DNA from: Planctomycetaceae bacterium
GTDB taxonomy: Bacteria; Planctomycetota; Planctomycetia; Pirellulales; UBA1268
Assembly (NCBI GenBank): GCA_018694455.1
Contig: JABHNP010000069.1
Span: 1-33,248 of the forward strand
DNA: 33,248 nt
Direction of reading: 5' to 3'
This document shows positions 1 through 8,273 of the stretch, piece by piece (the first letter of the stretch is position 1; the number at the start of each line of letters is the position of its first letter). A program made the position numbers and the translations under genes. The notes beneath the pieces were generated by a model. It searched no databases. It saw nothing but the letters and a program-made list of their open reading frames with translations, and had not been told where the DNA came from.

Positions 1-1739
1 TCAAGAAATTCTGCCGACGGAGGCATCGTTCCGATGTTATCCAGGTCTAACCATCGCCGCACAAAATGATGCACAAATCGATCAGAACGTGGGTCAGCCA
101 GCATGCGTGTGACTTGTTCAGGCAACTTGGCTTTTAAGTTTTTGTGAACTGCCAAGTTAAGTAACATTTCGTCTGGCGGTGATGACCAAAGAAAATAGGA
201 CAATCTCGAAGCCAGTGCGATTTCTTCGAGTGGCCCTTCACCAAGATTCAAATATAGAAACCCTGGTGCACAGAGAATGGCCTGACATCCAAGTTGAAAT
301 GCCTCCAAAGGATCAACTCCTGCTTTCAAACTATCAGCAACAAGGTTCTGAATTGGTTCAACTTCGCCCTCAACGGGTAGGCGTCGAAATGCTTTTTCGG
401 CAAAGAGCTCAAGTTGCTGCTGGATTGTCTCGGCATTGAGTTCCTCACGGGTCAACGCCCCATAGAGCGCACGATGCCCGGCGGTTGGCCAGACATCAAC
501 GTGCGGGCCCTCTATTCCAATTTCCCACACGCGCAGACGCGGACCCTGATATCCCTTGAGTACCCCATGCGCTTTTTCGAGACCACCTTTCATATCAACA
601 AACGGCTTGAATTCAGGCTTGTCGGCAGCGTGTGTTGTCAGCATTCGCACCATTCGTTTGGCAGCCATCGGCCCATTACGAAAGCGAACTTCCGGCTCAA
701 ATCCTGCTTCCATATAGACATCCCACTCAAACCACTCAGGTTCTTCATTCGTCAGCTCGACTCTCGCCAAGGAAATCATTTTTGAAACATTCCCAGTACT
801 TACAACACTTCCCCGTCGATCGACAGCAGCGATTTCCATAACCAACGGATCACCATTGCGAAAATCACCCAGTGCTTTTCCATAGTCATGGTGACGACTT
901 ATAGCTGCCGCCTTCACACGAATGGTGTATATACCACTATGCGGCACACCACCCTGCCGAACCAAGGGAAGAAATCCAATATGCCCACCACGATAGTGAC
1001 GGCCATAGAGATCCGTGAAAGGCGTATCGGGTGTAAAGCGAAAGCGATCAACTTTGAACAGTTTTGGTAAGTCTTCGTAGCCTTTCCCACTAAAATAGAA
1101 AGGAGATGCTTGCCTGTAACTTTTCGCAACTGGTCGTTTCCCGAACTTCGTGGCGCGATGAATAGCTTCTTCAGCCGCGCTTAAGTAATGGTCCATTAAC
1201 ATGCCAGAGGTAACGAGACCAGCACCGTTGTTATCGAACCCGTCAACCACAACCTCCTCAGGAAAATCTTCTGACGGATTCCAGACCTCAACATCGAGTC
1301 CGAGTAGATCCCCGATCGTTTGCCGATACTCCCATGCATTGAGCCGCCGAAGCACACTATGCCCACCAGACGTGTTGAGTTCGGCATGAGCAGTTTCAAT
1401 GCGCCGAGTAAGCGAATCAATCATGGCAAGACGTTCGTCAGGGGAAGGCTGGGGCTTCCCTTCTGGTGGCATGCTTTCAAGATTCAGTTGATCCACAACC
1501 TCTTGGTAACGACCCAAGTCATCGAGAGTCTTAATTTTTGATGAAAGCGTATCGAATCGGCGGTCAGCTTTTTGTTTCTGGTCACCGTGACATTGGATGC
1601 AATATTTTTCAAGAAACACCGCTGGATTCTGGCCAGCTGCATTTTGTTCAACTGTGATTTGGTCCGCGATAGCGAATACGCTCAGGCCATGAAAAATAAT
1701 GGCGGCATAAATGACGGCACAGTAGATTGTGGTTTTCAT
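1..1739 (-). CDS. DUF1592/DUF1587-family planctomycete cytochrome c protein (3' end runs off the window)
   Basis: Not in the ORF track because there is no stop inside the window. Manual translation from ATG 1739 (GGAG RBS overlapping the upstream TAG) gives MKTTIYCAVIYAAIIFHGLSVFAIAD (signal peptide), heme motif CIQCH (1587-1601), SMPPEGKPQP and DUF1587-like LRRLNAWEYRQTIGDLLG...GFDNNG. Near the edge, in the same frame, DUF1592-like LASRLSYFLWSSPPD...RMLADPRSDRFVHHFVRRWLDL. About 579 codons are visible. Confidence 0.92.
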   Translation of the reverse strand, partial: MKTTIYCAVIYAAIIFHGLSVFAIADQITVEQNAAGQNPAVFLEKYCIQCHGDQKQKADRRFDTLSSKIKTLDDLGRYQEVVDQLNLESMPPEGKPQPSPDERLAMIDSLTRRIETAHAELNTSGGHSVLRRLNAWEYRQTIGDLLGLDVEVWNPSEDFPEEVVVDGFDNNGAGLVTSGMLMDHYLSAAEEAIHRATKFGKRPVAKSYRQASPFYFSGKGYEDLPKLFKVDRFRFTPDTPFTDLYGRHYRGGHIGFLPLVRQGGVPHSGIYTIRVKAAAISRHHDYGKALGDFRNGDPLVMEIAAVDRRGSVVSTGNVSKMISLARVELTNEEPEWFEWDVYMEAGFEPEVRFRNGPMAAKRMVRMLTTHAADKPEFKPFVDMKGGLEKAHGVLKGYQGPRLRVWEIGIEGPHVDVWPTAGHRALYGALTREELNAETIQQQLELFAEKAFRRLPVEGEVEPIQNLVADSLKAGVDPLEAFQLGCQAILCAPGFLYLNLGEGPLEEIALASRLSYFLWSSPPDEMLLNLAVHKNLKAKLPEQVTRMLADPRSDRFVHHFVRRWLDLDNIGTMPPSAEFL

Positions 1740-1748
1740 GCCACTCTC

Positions 1749-3002
1749 CTATCCAATTTCCATCGGGGAAAAGGTCCCTGTGCTTCTACCAAAATGATCG
1801 GCTTCTTCTGCTCCGAACCACTGCAAAACAGACAACCACAGATTCGAAAGAGGGACTCGTCGATGTTGCTCTTCAGGACAAATAACATGCCCCTGATGCT
1901 TAAGCCCACCACCGGCAAGGAGCACTGGAAGATTCCGGTTGCTATGAATCGACCCATCACTCATACCGCTGCCAAAGACAACTAGCGTGTCATCAAAAAC
2001 CTGTGCTTCTTTTAACCTCGCAAGAAAATTACTGAGCTTTGTTGTTAAAAAAGATTCTACGACCTGAAGCTGACCAATCCGGTCCTCTGATTTTCCATGA
2101 TGAGAAAGACCATGGTAACTACCGAGGTCTAACTCAGACGTCCGGAAACCTAATCCAGTTTCAAATGTTGCCACACGAGTGGAATCTGTCTGCAAAGCAA
2201 GGGCCATGAGGTCGTAAAAAAGTTCTACTTCATCAATTTGCTGGCGTTCCTCATCTAGCACTTCTTCTATCGACGGTTTCGGTTTGGGCCGATGTAACCA
2301 TTCTTTAGACATTTGCAGTCGCCGTTCAACGTCGCGGACTGACGTCAAATATTGATCGAGTTTGTCTTGATCTGCTGTATTGAGCGTTCGGTGCAAGGCA
2401 CGTGCTGAATCACGCAGAACATCGAGCACACTGCCTCGATGCTCGAGTCGCATGCGTTCAACGTCCGCCTTACTCTGCGGAGGACTCACAAAGAGACCAC
2501 GAAACAGCATTGCAGGATTGTTGATTGGTGGCACGTGGACGCCAGCACGCGTCCAACACATGTCCGTACCATGTACGATACCCGTGTTGATCGAAGGAAA
2601 ACGAGTTTTGCTACCAACGAATTCGGCTGCTGCCTGATCAAGTGAGATATTCTTCTCAGGAAATCCAGCAGCTTCTTCTTTTTTAATACTGGTGAGAAAT
2701 CCCTGTACCGCGCCATGCCCACCGTTGAGCCCATGGTCCAAATTTGAGAACACCGTGAGAGCATCGCGATGCATGTCCAGTGGCTTCAGTGTCGATGTCG
2801 GCATATAGCTCTGCCCTGCAGCTTTTGGAAAAAAGTTGCCCGGATAAAAGCCAAGGTGATTTCCAACACACACCAACCGTCGTGGAGATTGATCTCCAAC
2901 GCCTCTTTCTCGACCGAGGCTCTGAAAGACTGGAAGGGTCAGGGCAAGCCCAGCACCGTGAAGAAGGTTTCGTCGTGTCAATCGATGTGCGGTATTGCTC
3001 AT
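1749..3002 (-). CDS. DUF1552 domain-containing protein (Tat-exported)
   Basis: 417 aa. Twin-arginine TRRNLL leader; family motifs ISLDQAAA, TRFPSI, SVLDVL, DKLDQYLTSVRDVERR, LALQTDSTRVAT, YHGLSHHG, GSGMSDGSIHSNRNLPVLLAGG, PLSNLWLSVLQ. Adjacent to the DUF1592 gene. Confidence 0.92.
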   Translation of the reverse strand: MSNTAHRLTRRNLLHGAGLALTLPVFQSLGRERGVGDQSPRRLVCVGNHLGFYPGNFFPKAAGQSYMPTSTLKPLDMHRDALTVFSNLDHGLNGGHGAVQGFLTSIKKEEAAGFPEKNISLDQAAAEFVGSKTRFPSINTGIVHGTDMCWTRAGVHVPPINNPAMLFRGLFVSPPQSKADVERMRLEHRGSVLDVLRDSARALHRTLNTADQDKLDQYLTSVRDVERRLQMSKEWLHRPKPKPSIEEVLDEERQQIDEVELFYDLMALALQTDSTRVATFETGLGFRTSELDLGSYHGLSHHGKSEDRIGQLQVVESFLTTKLSNFLARLKEAQVFDDTLVVFGSGMSDGSIHSNRNLPVLLAGGGLKHQGHVICPEEQHRRVPLSNLWLSVLQWFGAEEADHFGRSTGTFSPMEIG

Positions 3003-3089
3003 TTGTTTTCTCAGCTACATCTCATACATCTCATAGAAGAAATACTCAATCGAACATTCCATGTTCTTCTACACACTCATATTATTTAC

Positions 3090-4967
3090 TCATTTGGCTT
3101 GTACGCCATTTTTGGGACTCACATAGACATAATACGCACTGAGTATTGTATTGTCTTTACCCCTAAACCACGTGTGTAAAGCCGTTGGGCCCTTCTTTAA
3201 GTGCATCGTAAAAGTGATGCCTTTGTCATCTTCCTTGACTTGCTTGGTGAGACCCTCAAATTGATAGCCCTTTTTTTCACCAATGCTCATGTGGTTATGC
3301 CCGGCGAAGTATAGGCTCGCCTGAGTAATCGGTAACGCAGTTCCTGTTCCATCTGGCAACGTTCCCTGAATAGTTCCATCTGCCTCTTTGGGCCAACGAC
3401 GAAGCTCGATGTCATAATCACCTGCCTCCGCCACATCGATCACCCAGTATCCACTTTTCTGCTGGCCTCTGAGAACCTGTCCTTGCTGGTCCACGAAGAC
3501 ATCCAACCACTCGGTGGCAGATAGCTTGGTAGGGTTCTCATACTTTGTTCCAACGATAATGCGTTGCTCTTCGTTCGCAGCGGCTCCGACTCGATCCCAC
3601 CATTCAGCGAGTCGCTTTCGCAATTTCACGACGACCTCTGGATGCTGATCGATGATATTGGTTTGCTGAAGAGGATCGGTCTCTAAATTATAAAGCTCAC
3701 GATCCTCCAAGAGACGCCACCGTTTCCAGAGCACGCCAGCCTGATCAGCTCGCATCTGAGTTTGACTATACGGTGACGGGTAATTCGCGAACCCCGGCAT
3801 CCTGCTGTAATTAATGATGAGAATTCGATCATCAGGCACGTGCTGTTCACCACGTAAAACCGAAGCCAGACTCGTTCCGTCAAACTCGGGTCCGTTCTCA
3901 GATTTGATTCCACTCAATTCCAATAGAGTCGGCAAAATATCTTGTACTTGAGTAAGTCCGCCAATGTCTTGTGGTTTTGCGAGATTGCCATCGGGCCAAC
4001 GAATGAAACACGGAACACGATGCCCACCCTCCCAGAGTTCCGTCTTCCTGCCACGCATTCCAGCATTAAAATAGCGAGGTCCCAAGAGGCTGCCATTGTC
4101 CGTTTTGAAAATCAGAATCGTATTGTCAGCCAGGTCTTCGTCGTCAAGAAACTCAAGCAGGCTCCCCATGTTGGCATCGATGTTCACAATCATGCCTAGA
4201 TAATTGGCGAGTTGGTTCTTTAATTTTCCATCCAGATGATCAAACTGGGGATCGGCCAATCTTTTTGTGATCACATCACGATCTTCAGGCTTCGGATTGA
4301 ATGGCCCGTGTGGCGTATTCGTTGCGAGATAGCACATGAATGGTTTATTCGCTGCTACGGACTTCCTTATGAACGCCTTTGCTTCAGCAAAAAACACATC
4401 GGTGCAGTAACCCGAAAACTGTTCTTCTGTGCCGTTGTGAATATAGACGTCATCAAAATAGTCGTTGCCCCAATAGCTTGGAACAGAGGGAATGGACGAG
4501 GAGGGATACCACACGCTCTCCTGAAAGCCACGGTCCTGCGGACGAAATGGATAGTTCGCGCCAAGATGCCATTTACCAAATACTCCCGTGGCATACCCCG
4601 CGTCGCCAAAGTAATTGGCGATTGTAGGGATTTCCGGACGCAGTAAAGCGCGACCGCTACTTACGTTGATTGCGCCATTCCTTGCCGCATCAATCCCAGT
4701 AAGCAATTGCCCACGCGTCGGTGTACACATGGGCGCAACGTGGTAATCCGTCAGTCGCAAACTCTCATCGTGCAGCGAGTCGAGGTGAGGGGTTTGTAAA
4801 ACTGGATTGCCATGTACGGACAGTTCTGGATACCCCTGATCATCGGTCATGACAACAATGACATTTGGCCTTTCAGCAACAACTTCATCACAAGCTGCAT
4901 TCGAGGCAAAGCAGGCAATAAAGCCGAAGAGCCACTTGCCACGCACCACACGATTCGTTCTATTCAC
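3090..4967 (-). CDS. Arylsulfatase (S1, Cys-type formylglycine sulfatase) with C-terminal extension
   Basis: 625 aa. Signal peptide; RPNVIVVMTDDQG, CTPTR signature, GKWHLG, NTPH, DNG, GRKTELWEGGHRVP, ELYNLETDP. ATGA overlap with the upstream gene. Confidence 0.95.
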   Translation of the reverse strand: MNRTNRVVRGKWLFGFIACFASNAACDEVVAERPNVIVVMTDDQGYPELSVHGNPVLQTPHLDSLHDESLRLTDYHVAPMCTPTRGQLLTGIDAARNGAINVSSGRALLRPEIPTIANYFGDAGYATGVFGKWHLGANYPFRPQDRGFQESVWYPSSSIPSVPSYWGNDYFDDVYIHNGTEEQFSGYCTDVFFAEAKAFIRKSVAANKPFMCYLATNTPHGPFNPKPEDRDVITKRLADPQFDHLDGKLKNQLANYLGMIVNIDANMGSLLEFLDDEDLADNTILIFKTDNGSLLGPRYFNAGMRGRKTELWEGGHRVPCFIRWPDGNLAKPQDIGGLTQVQDILPTLLELSGIKSENGPEFDGTSLASVLRGEQHVPDDRILIINYSRMPGFANYPSPYSQTQMRADQAGVLWKRWRLLEDRELYNLETDPLQQTNIIDQHPEVVVKLRKRLAEWWDRVGAAANEEQRIIVGTKYENPTKLSATEWLDVFVDQQGQVLRGQQKSGYWVIDVAEAGDYDIELRRWPKEADGTIQGTLPDGTGTALPITQASLYFAGHNHMSIGEKKGYQFEGLTKQVKEDDKGITFTMHLKKGPTALHTWFRGKDNTILSAYYVYVSPKNGVQAK

Positions 4968-5884
4968 TTTGATACCTTCTGTTTATGCACAACGGGATCG
5001 AGGTTGGCTTGTATGTGCACATCACTTACTTTTGGTGACGGACAGCCACTCTCGGGCACCTCGACATGGGCTGTCCATAAAATGCCATTCAGTACCACAG
5101 TACGAAAGTTTTCATCAAGCCAGCTCACATGATTGTGCGCCCCAGTAAACCCGAATCCTCGTCCACCGGAAGGACGTTCGTACGCCCATGCCACAACTTG
5201 TTTTTCACCCGCTGCAACTGCCCTACGAACTGTAGGATTTCCACTTCGCGGACCATCTGGTCGGCGAAGTGTGTTCGGCGGCGGAAGGTCAGCAAGTATT
5301 GGAGTGACTCCTTTCATGTCATCGACAAACCGCATGTGGTAGTACCATTCGTCGTCGATCTCAAATGGTTTCAAACCATTTGCAACAGGATGCTCTGGAA
5401 AATCGGTAAAGTGTGGCGTCCAATGCGGATTAACTGACCAGTCGAGATCACAGAATCCACCCATCCACTGAAGAAATTTTTGACCGGGCTCGCCTTTCTC
5501 AGCTTCGGTTGCCCAGTGAATCATCACGACACCAACCCCCGAATTCATCAGTGCATCGAATTCAGCCAGATGCGGATTGAGCACATGCCCTTGATGCCCT
5601 GTACAAAAAATTACAACAGTCGCCGCATCCTCAAAGACAGACGGATCTTCCGGGTAGCCAAGCAATGGAACGAGTACTGTTTCAACATCAAGGCCTGATC
5701 GATCGAGCGCATCAGCCAGAATCATATTTCCGGCTCGATGCTCATGCTTCATTCGCCCATGACTAGGCTTCCCTGAAATAAAGACAATTTTTGCTGGCTT
5801 CTCAGCCTGAACCGAAGTGTGAGGAATAAAAATTGGTACTACCAGAAGCCAGAAAGTGGCAACTACCCTGAAACTCGGTCGCAT
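4964..5884 (-). CDS. ThuA-like domain protein (class I glutamine amidotransferase-like fold), exported
   Basis: KIVFISGKPSHG..HEHRAG, GVGVVMIHWA, HPVANGLKPF.IDDEWYY, VAWAYERPSGGRGFGFTGAH, LNGILWTA. Start moved from 5932 to ATG 5884 (MRPSFRVVATFWLLVV, signal-peptide-like), just after the upstream stop at 5889. Confidence 0.88.
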   Translation of the reverse strand: MRPSFRVVATFWLLVVPIFIPHTSVQAEKPAKIVFISGKPSHGRMKHEHRAGNMILADALDRSGLDVETVLVPLLGYPEDPSVFEDAATVVIFCTGHQGHVLNPHLAEFDALMNSGVGVVMIHWATEAEKGEPGQKFLQWMGGFCDLDWSVNPHWTPHFTDFPEHPVANGLKPFEIDDEWYYHMRFVDDMKGVTPILADLPPPNTLRRPDGPRSGNPTVRRAVAAGEKQVVAWAYERPSGGRGFGFTGAHNHVSWLDENFRTVVLNGILWTAHVEVPESGCPSPKVSDVHIQANLDPVVHKQKVSK

Positions 5885-5888
5885 CACA

Positions 5889-8273
5889 TTACTCCGTAAC
5901 GAGTTCCAAACTATTCCAATACGCCCATTCATTGTGCCAATCGTTCGCTCGATTTTCTAAAACTAGTGAGACACGTCGGCCAGCAAATTCAGTCAAGTCG
6001 ATCGACACATCAAGCCACTCATCTGATTCAACTGAATCCGGACCGATAACATAATCCGCCATAACTTTGCCATTCGCCAAGACCCGAAGCTGCCAATCAC
6101 CATGTGGATGATGACTGACACGGAGCTTCAGTGATGTTTTCTTACCTTCAGGTATCGTGACTTGATTCTTACTCAGAATGCACGGTGTTTTTCGATCGAG
6201 AGGATGTGTCTGTACCGCTGACTCGTTCCGAAACACAGCATGCTTCACAACGCCACCTTCTCCAACATCAGCCACCCGCAGCGCTGTAGCCATTTCCCCC
6301 CTTGCAATTGTTTTAATCAGGCCGTTCCATGCTTCAGCCCTTTGCACCTGGTTGGGCTTTTTATTGCCACCGTCGCCCGTAATCAAACGTCTCGCAACAA
6401 ACTCTTGCAACCTCGGTATTTTACCAGCCATCACAAGCTCAAGTGATTCACGTTGAGCGTTAGGCACCATCGGCTCCAACGCAAACCAGTACATCCGAGG
6501 CAGATTGTTGTCACTCACATCCTCAGCATGGGAGACGAGCCCTTGAAGAATTGGCCATCGCTGAGCGAACGGCAATCGCTGTACTGCCGAAGCCAGATAG
6601 AGCCTCACAACCTGCGACGGATCATCCTGTGCCATGACAACCAGTTTCTCAAGTACTCCTGTTTCGAGAACCCATTCTGTATCCTGCTCTGGCTGAAACG
6701 CGTTTGTTTCACTCACATCACAGAGGAATTGAATGGACCATGCCCGAACATGCTCATCTGCATCATCAAGCAGTTCGTAAAGTTGGCCTTTCGTTATTCC
6801 GTCAGTTACATGTAGCGCCCATAACGCTCGCAATCTCTTGGGTGGCTGTGACGTCGTGCTGAGTATGTCATTGAGTTTCTGATGAACCACTTTACGATTG
6901 AGCGTTCCGCTTGCCTGCCGATACTGTAGAAGTGTTCTTGCATGGCGAACAAACCAATCGTTTGAATGCAACTGGTACTCTACGAGCTCTGCATCAGACA
7001 TAGCAGAAAGATCTGGCGTCACCTTGCCTTTCACACCAGTCGGCATAATCCGATACACGCGGCCACTGTTGGGAAACTTTACTTCATTGCCACAAATATT
7101 CTGATCATGCCAGTCAAGAATATAGACACCCCCTTCCGGACCAATTTCAACACTGAAACCGACCCATGCCAAATCATTCGTTGGCAAAAAGTCATCACCG
7201 TGATGACCAATAAAACTTGAACCCTTTGGCTCAAGCACGTCCGTCAATACAGCATGCTCATGAATATTGCACATGAATAAACGGTCACGATACTCCGCTG
7301 GGAACGTATCTGCGAGATAGAAACGAGCTCCCCCATGAGCAGATAAGTGCGTGTGATCACGAATCGTTTTGATGTCATCATAGATATACGGATTGACGTG
7401 TGGCCGAGCTTGCTTGTGATACGTTCCGCCTTGCACGACATGAAAAAGATGCGGAATGACACAACATGTTGCACACCCCTGCCCGTAGTCGTTGAAATCA
7501 AACCCCCAGGAATTTGATAATCCTCGAGCAAAAACCTCAAAGGTTTTGCGAGTCGGATGGTATCGCCAAATACCAGCATCAATAAACTGACGCTGTGCAT
7601 CCGTATCACCCGGCTTCCCAACGTTGGAAAACGTAAACACTCCGTGGCAACCGTACAGCCAGCCATCAGGACCCCACATAAAACTATTGAGCGTTTCATG
7701 CCGATCTTGAATGCCCCATCCATCAAGTAAGACTTGTGGTGGTCCATCGGGAATGTCATCACCATCTTTATCAGGGATAAAAGAAAAGTTTGGTGGCGAC
7801 CCAACAAACACTCCACCAAATCCACAGGCGATCCCGGATGTGAACGTCAACGTGTCCGTAAATGTCTTCTTTTTGTCAAAGACACCATCACCATCTGTGT
7901 CTTCAAGTATTTGAATTCGACTCACCGGGTCGTCAGTATGTTTTTTACGAGTTTGATAATTAAAATTCTCCACAACCCACATCCGGCCACGATCATCGAA
8001 ACAGAAGGCGATGGGCTCAGCGATGTCGGGCTCAGCAGCAAAAACAGAGACCTCAAATCCATCCGGTACAGCCATTTTTGAAACTGCTTCCGCTGGCTTT
8101 AAAAATGGAGTATCGCTGTCCTTGTGCTGTTTCTTTGGAAGTTGATTACGACCGTCATCAGCAGCCGCGAGAGGAATTGTGACTATGCCATACACTATGA
8201 AGACAGCCACCCCAATAAGTGACACTCCATTTTTGTGCACGTTAACCAATCGTTGCATTGCTCGATTTGTCAT
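5889..8273 (-). CDS. PVC-type membrane-bound dehydrogenase (TIGR02604-like propeller plus HEAT repeats), lacking the usual C-terminal cytochrome c and ending in an extra beta-sandwich-like domain
   Basis: 794 aa. VPDGFEVSVFAAEPDIAEPIAFCFDDRGRMWVVE, RIQILEDTDGDG, DRHETLNSFMWGPDGWLYG, IGPEGGVYILDWHD, GRVYRI, RLRALWALH, VRLYLASAVQRL. No CxxCH present. Confidence 0.9.
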   Translation of the reverse strand: MTNRAMQRLVNVHKNGVSLIGVAVFIVYGIVTIPLAAADDGRNQLPKKQHKDSDTPFLKPAEAVSKMAVPDGFEVSVFAAEPDIAEPIAFCFDDRGRMWVVENFNYQTRKKHTDDPVSRIQILEDTDGDGVFDKKKTFTDTLTFTSGIACGFGGVFVGSPPNFSFIPDKDGDDIPDGPPQVLLDGWGIQDRHETLNSFMWGPDGWLYGCHGVFTFSNVGKPGDTDAQRQFIDAGIWRYHPTRKTFEVFARGLSNSWGFDFNDYGQGCATCCVIPHLFHVVQGGTYHKQARPHVNPYIYDDIKTIRDHTHLSAHGGARFYLADTFPAEYRDRLFMCNIHEHAVLTDVLEPKGSSFIGHHGDDFLPTNDLAWVGFSVEIGPEGGVYILDWHDQNICGNEVKFPNSGRVYRIMPTGVKGKVTPDLSAMSDAELVEYQLHSNDWFVRHARTLLQYRQASGTLNRKVVHQKLNDILSTTSQPPKRLRALWALHVTDGITKGQLYELLDDADEHVRAWSIQFLCDVSETNAFQPEQDTEWVLETGVLEKLVVMAQDDPSQVVRLYLASAVQRLPFAQRWPILQGLVSHAEDVSDNNLPRMYWFALEPMVPNAQRESLELVMAGKIPRLQEFVARRLITGDGGNKKPNQVQRAEAWNGLIKTIARGEMATALRVADVGEGGVVKHAVFRNESAVQTHPLDRKTPCILSKNQVTIPEGKKTSLKLRVSHHPHGDWQLRVLANGKVMADYVIGPDSVESDEWLDVSIDLTEFAGRRVSLVLENRANDWHNEWAYWNSLELVTE

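Noticed and set aside
1-3. TCA at 1-3 as a possible TGA stop of the DUF1592 gene
   Set aside because: It is out of frame with ATG 1739; the gene continues past the edge.
179-1985. Numerous short ORFs on both strands (e.g. 414-785, 1572-1985)
   Set aside because: They overlap the long minus-strand DUF1592 frame and have no recognisable motifs; they are shadow ORFs.
7244-7825. 193-aa alternative-frame ORF within the dehydrogenase gene
   Set aside because: Fully nested in a motif-rich gene, with no protein-like features.
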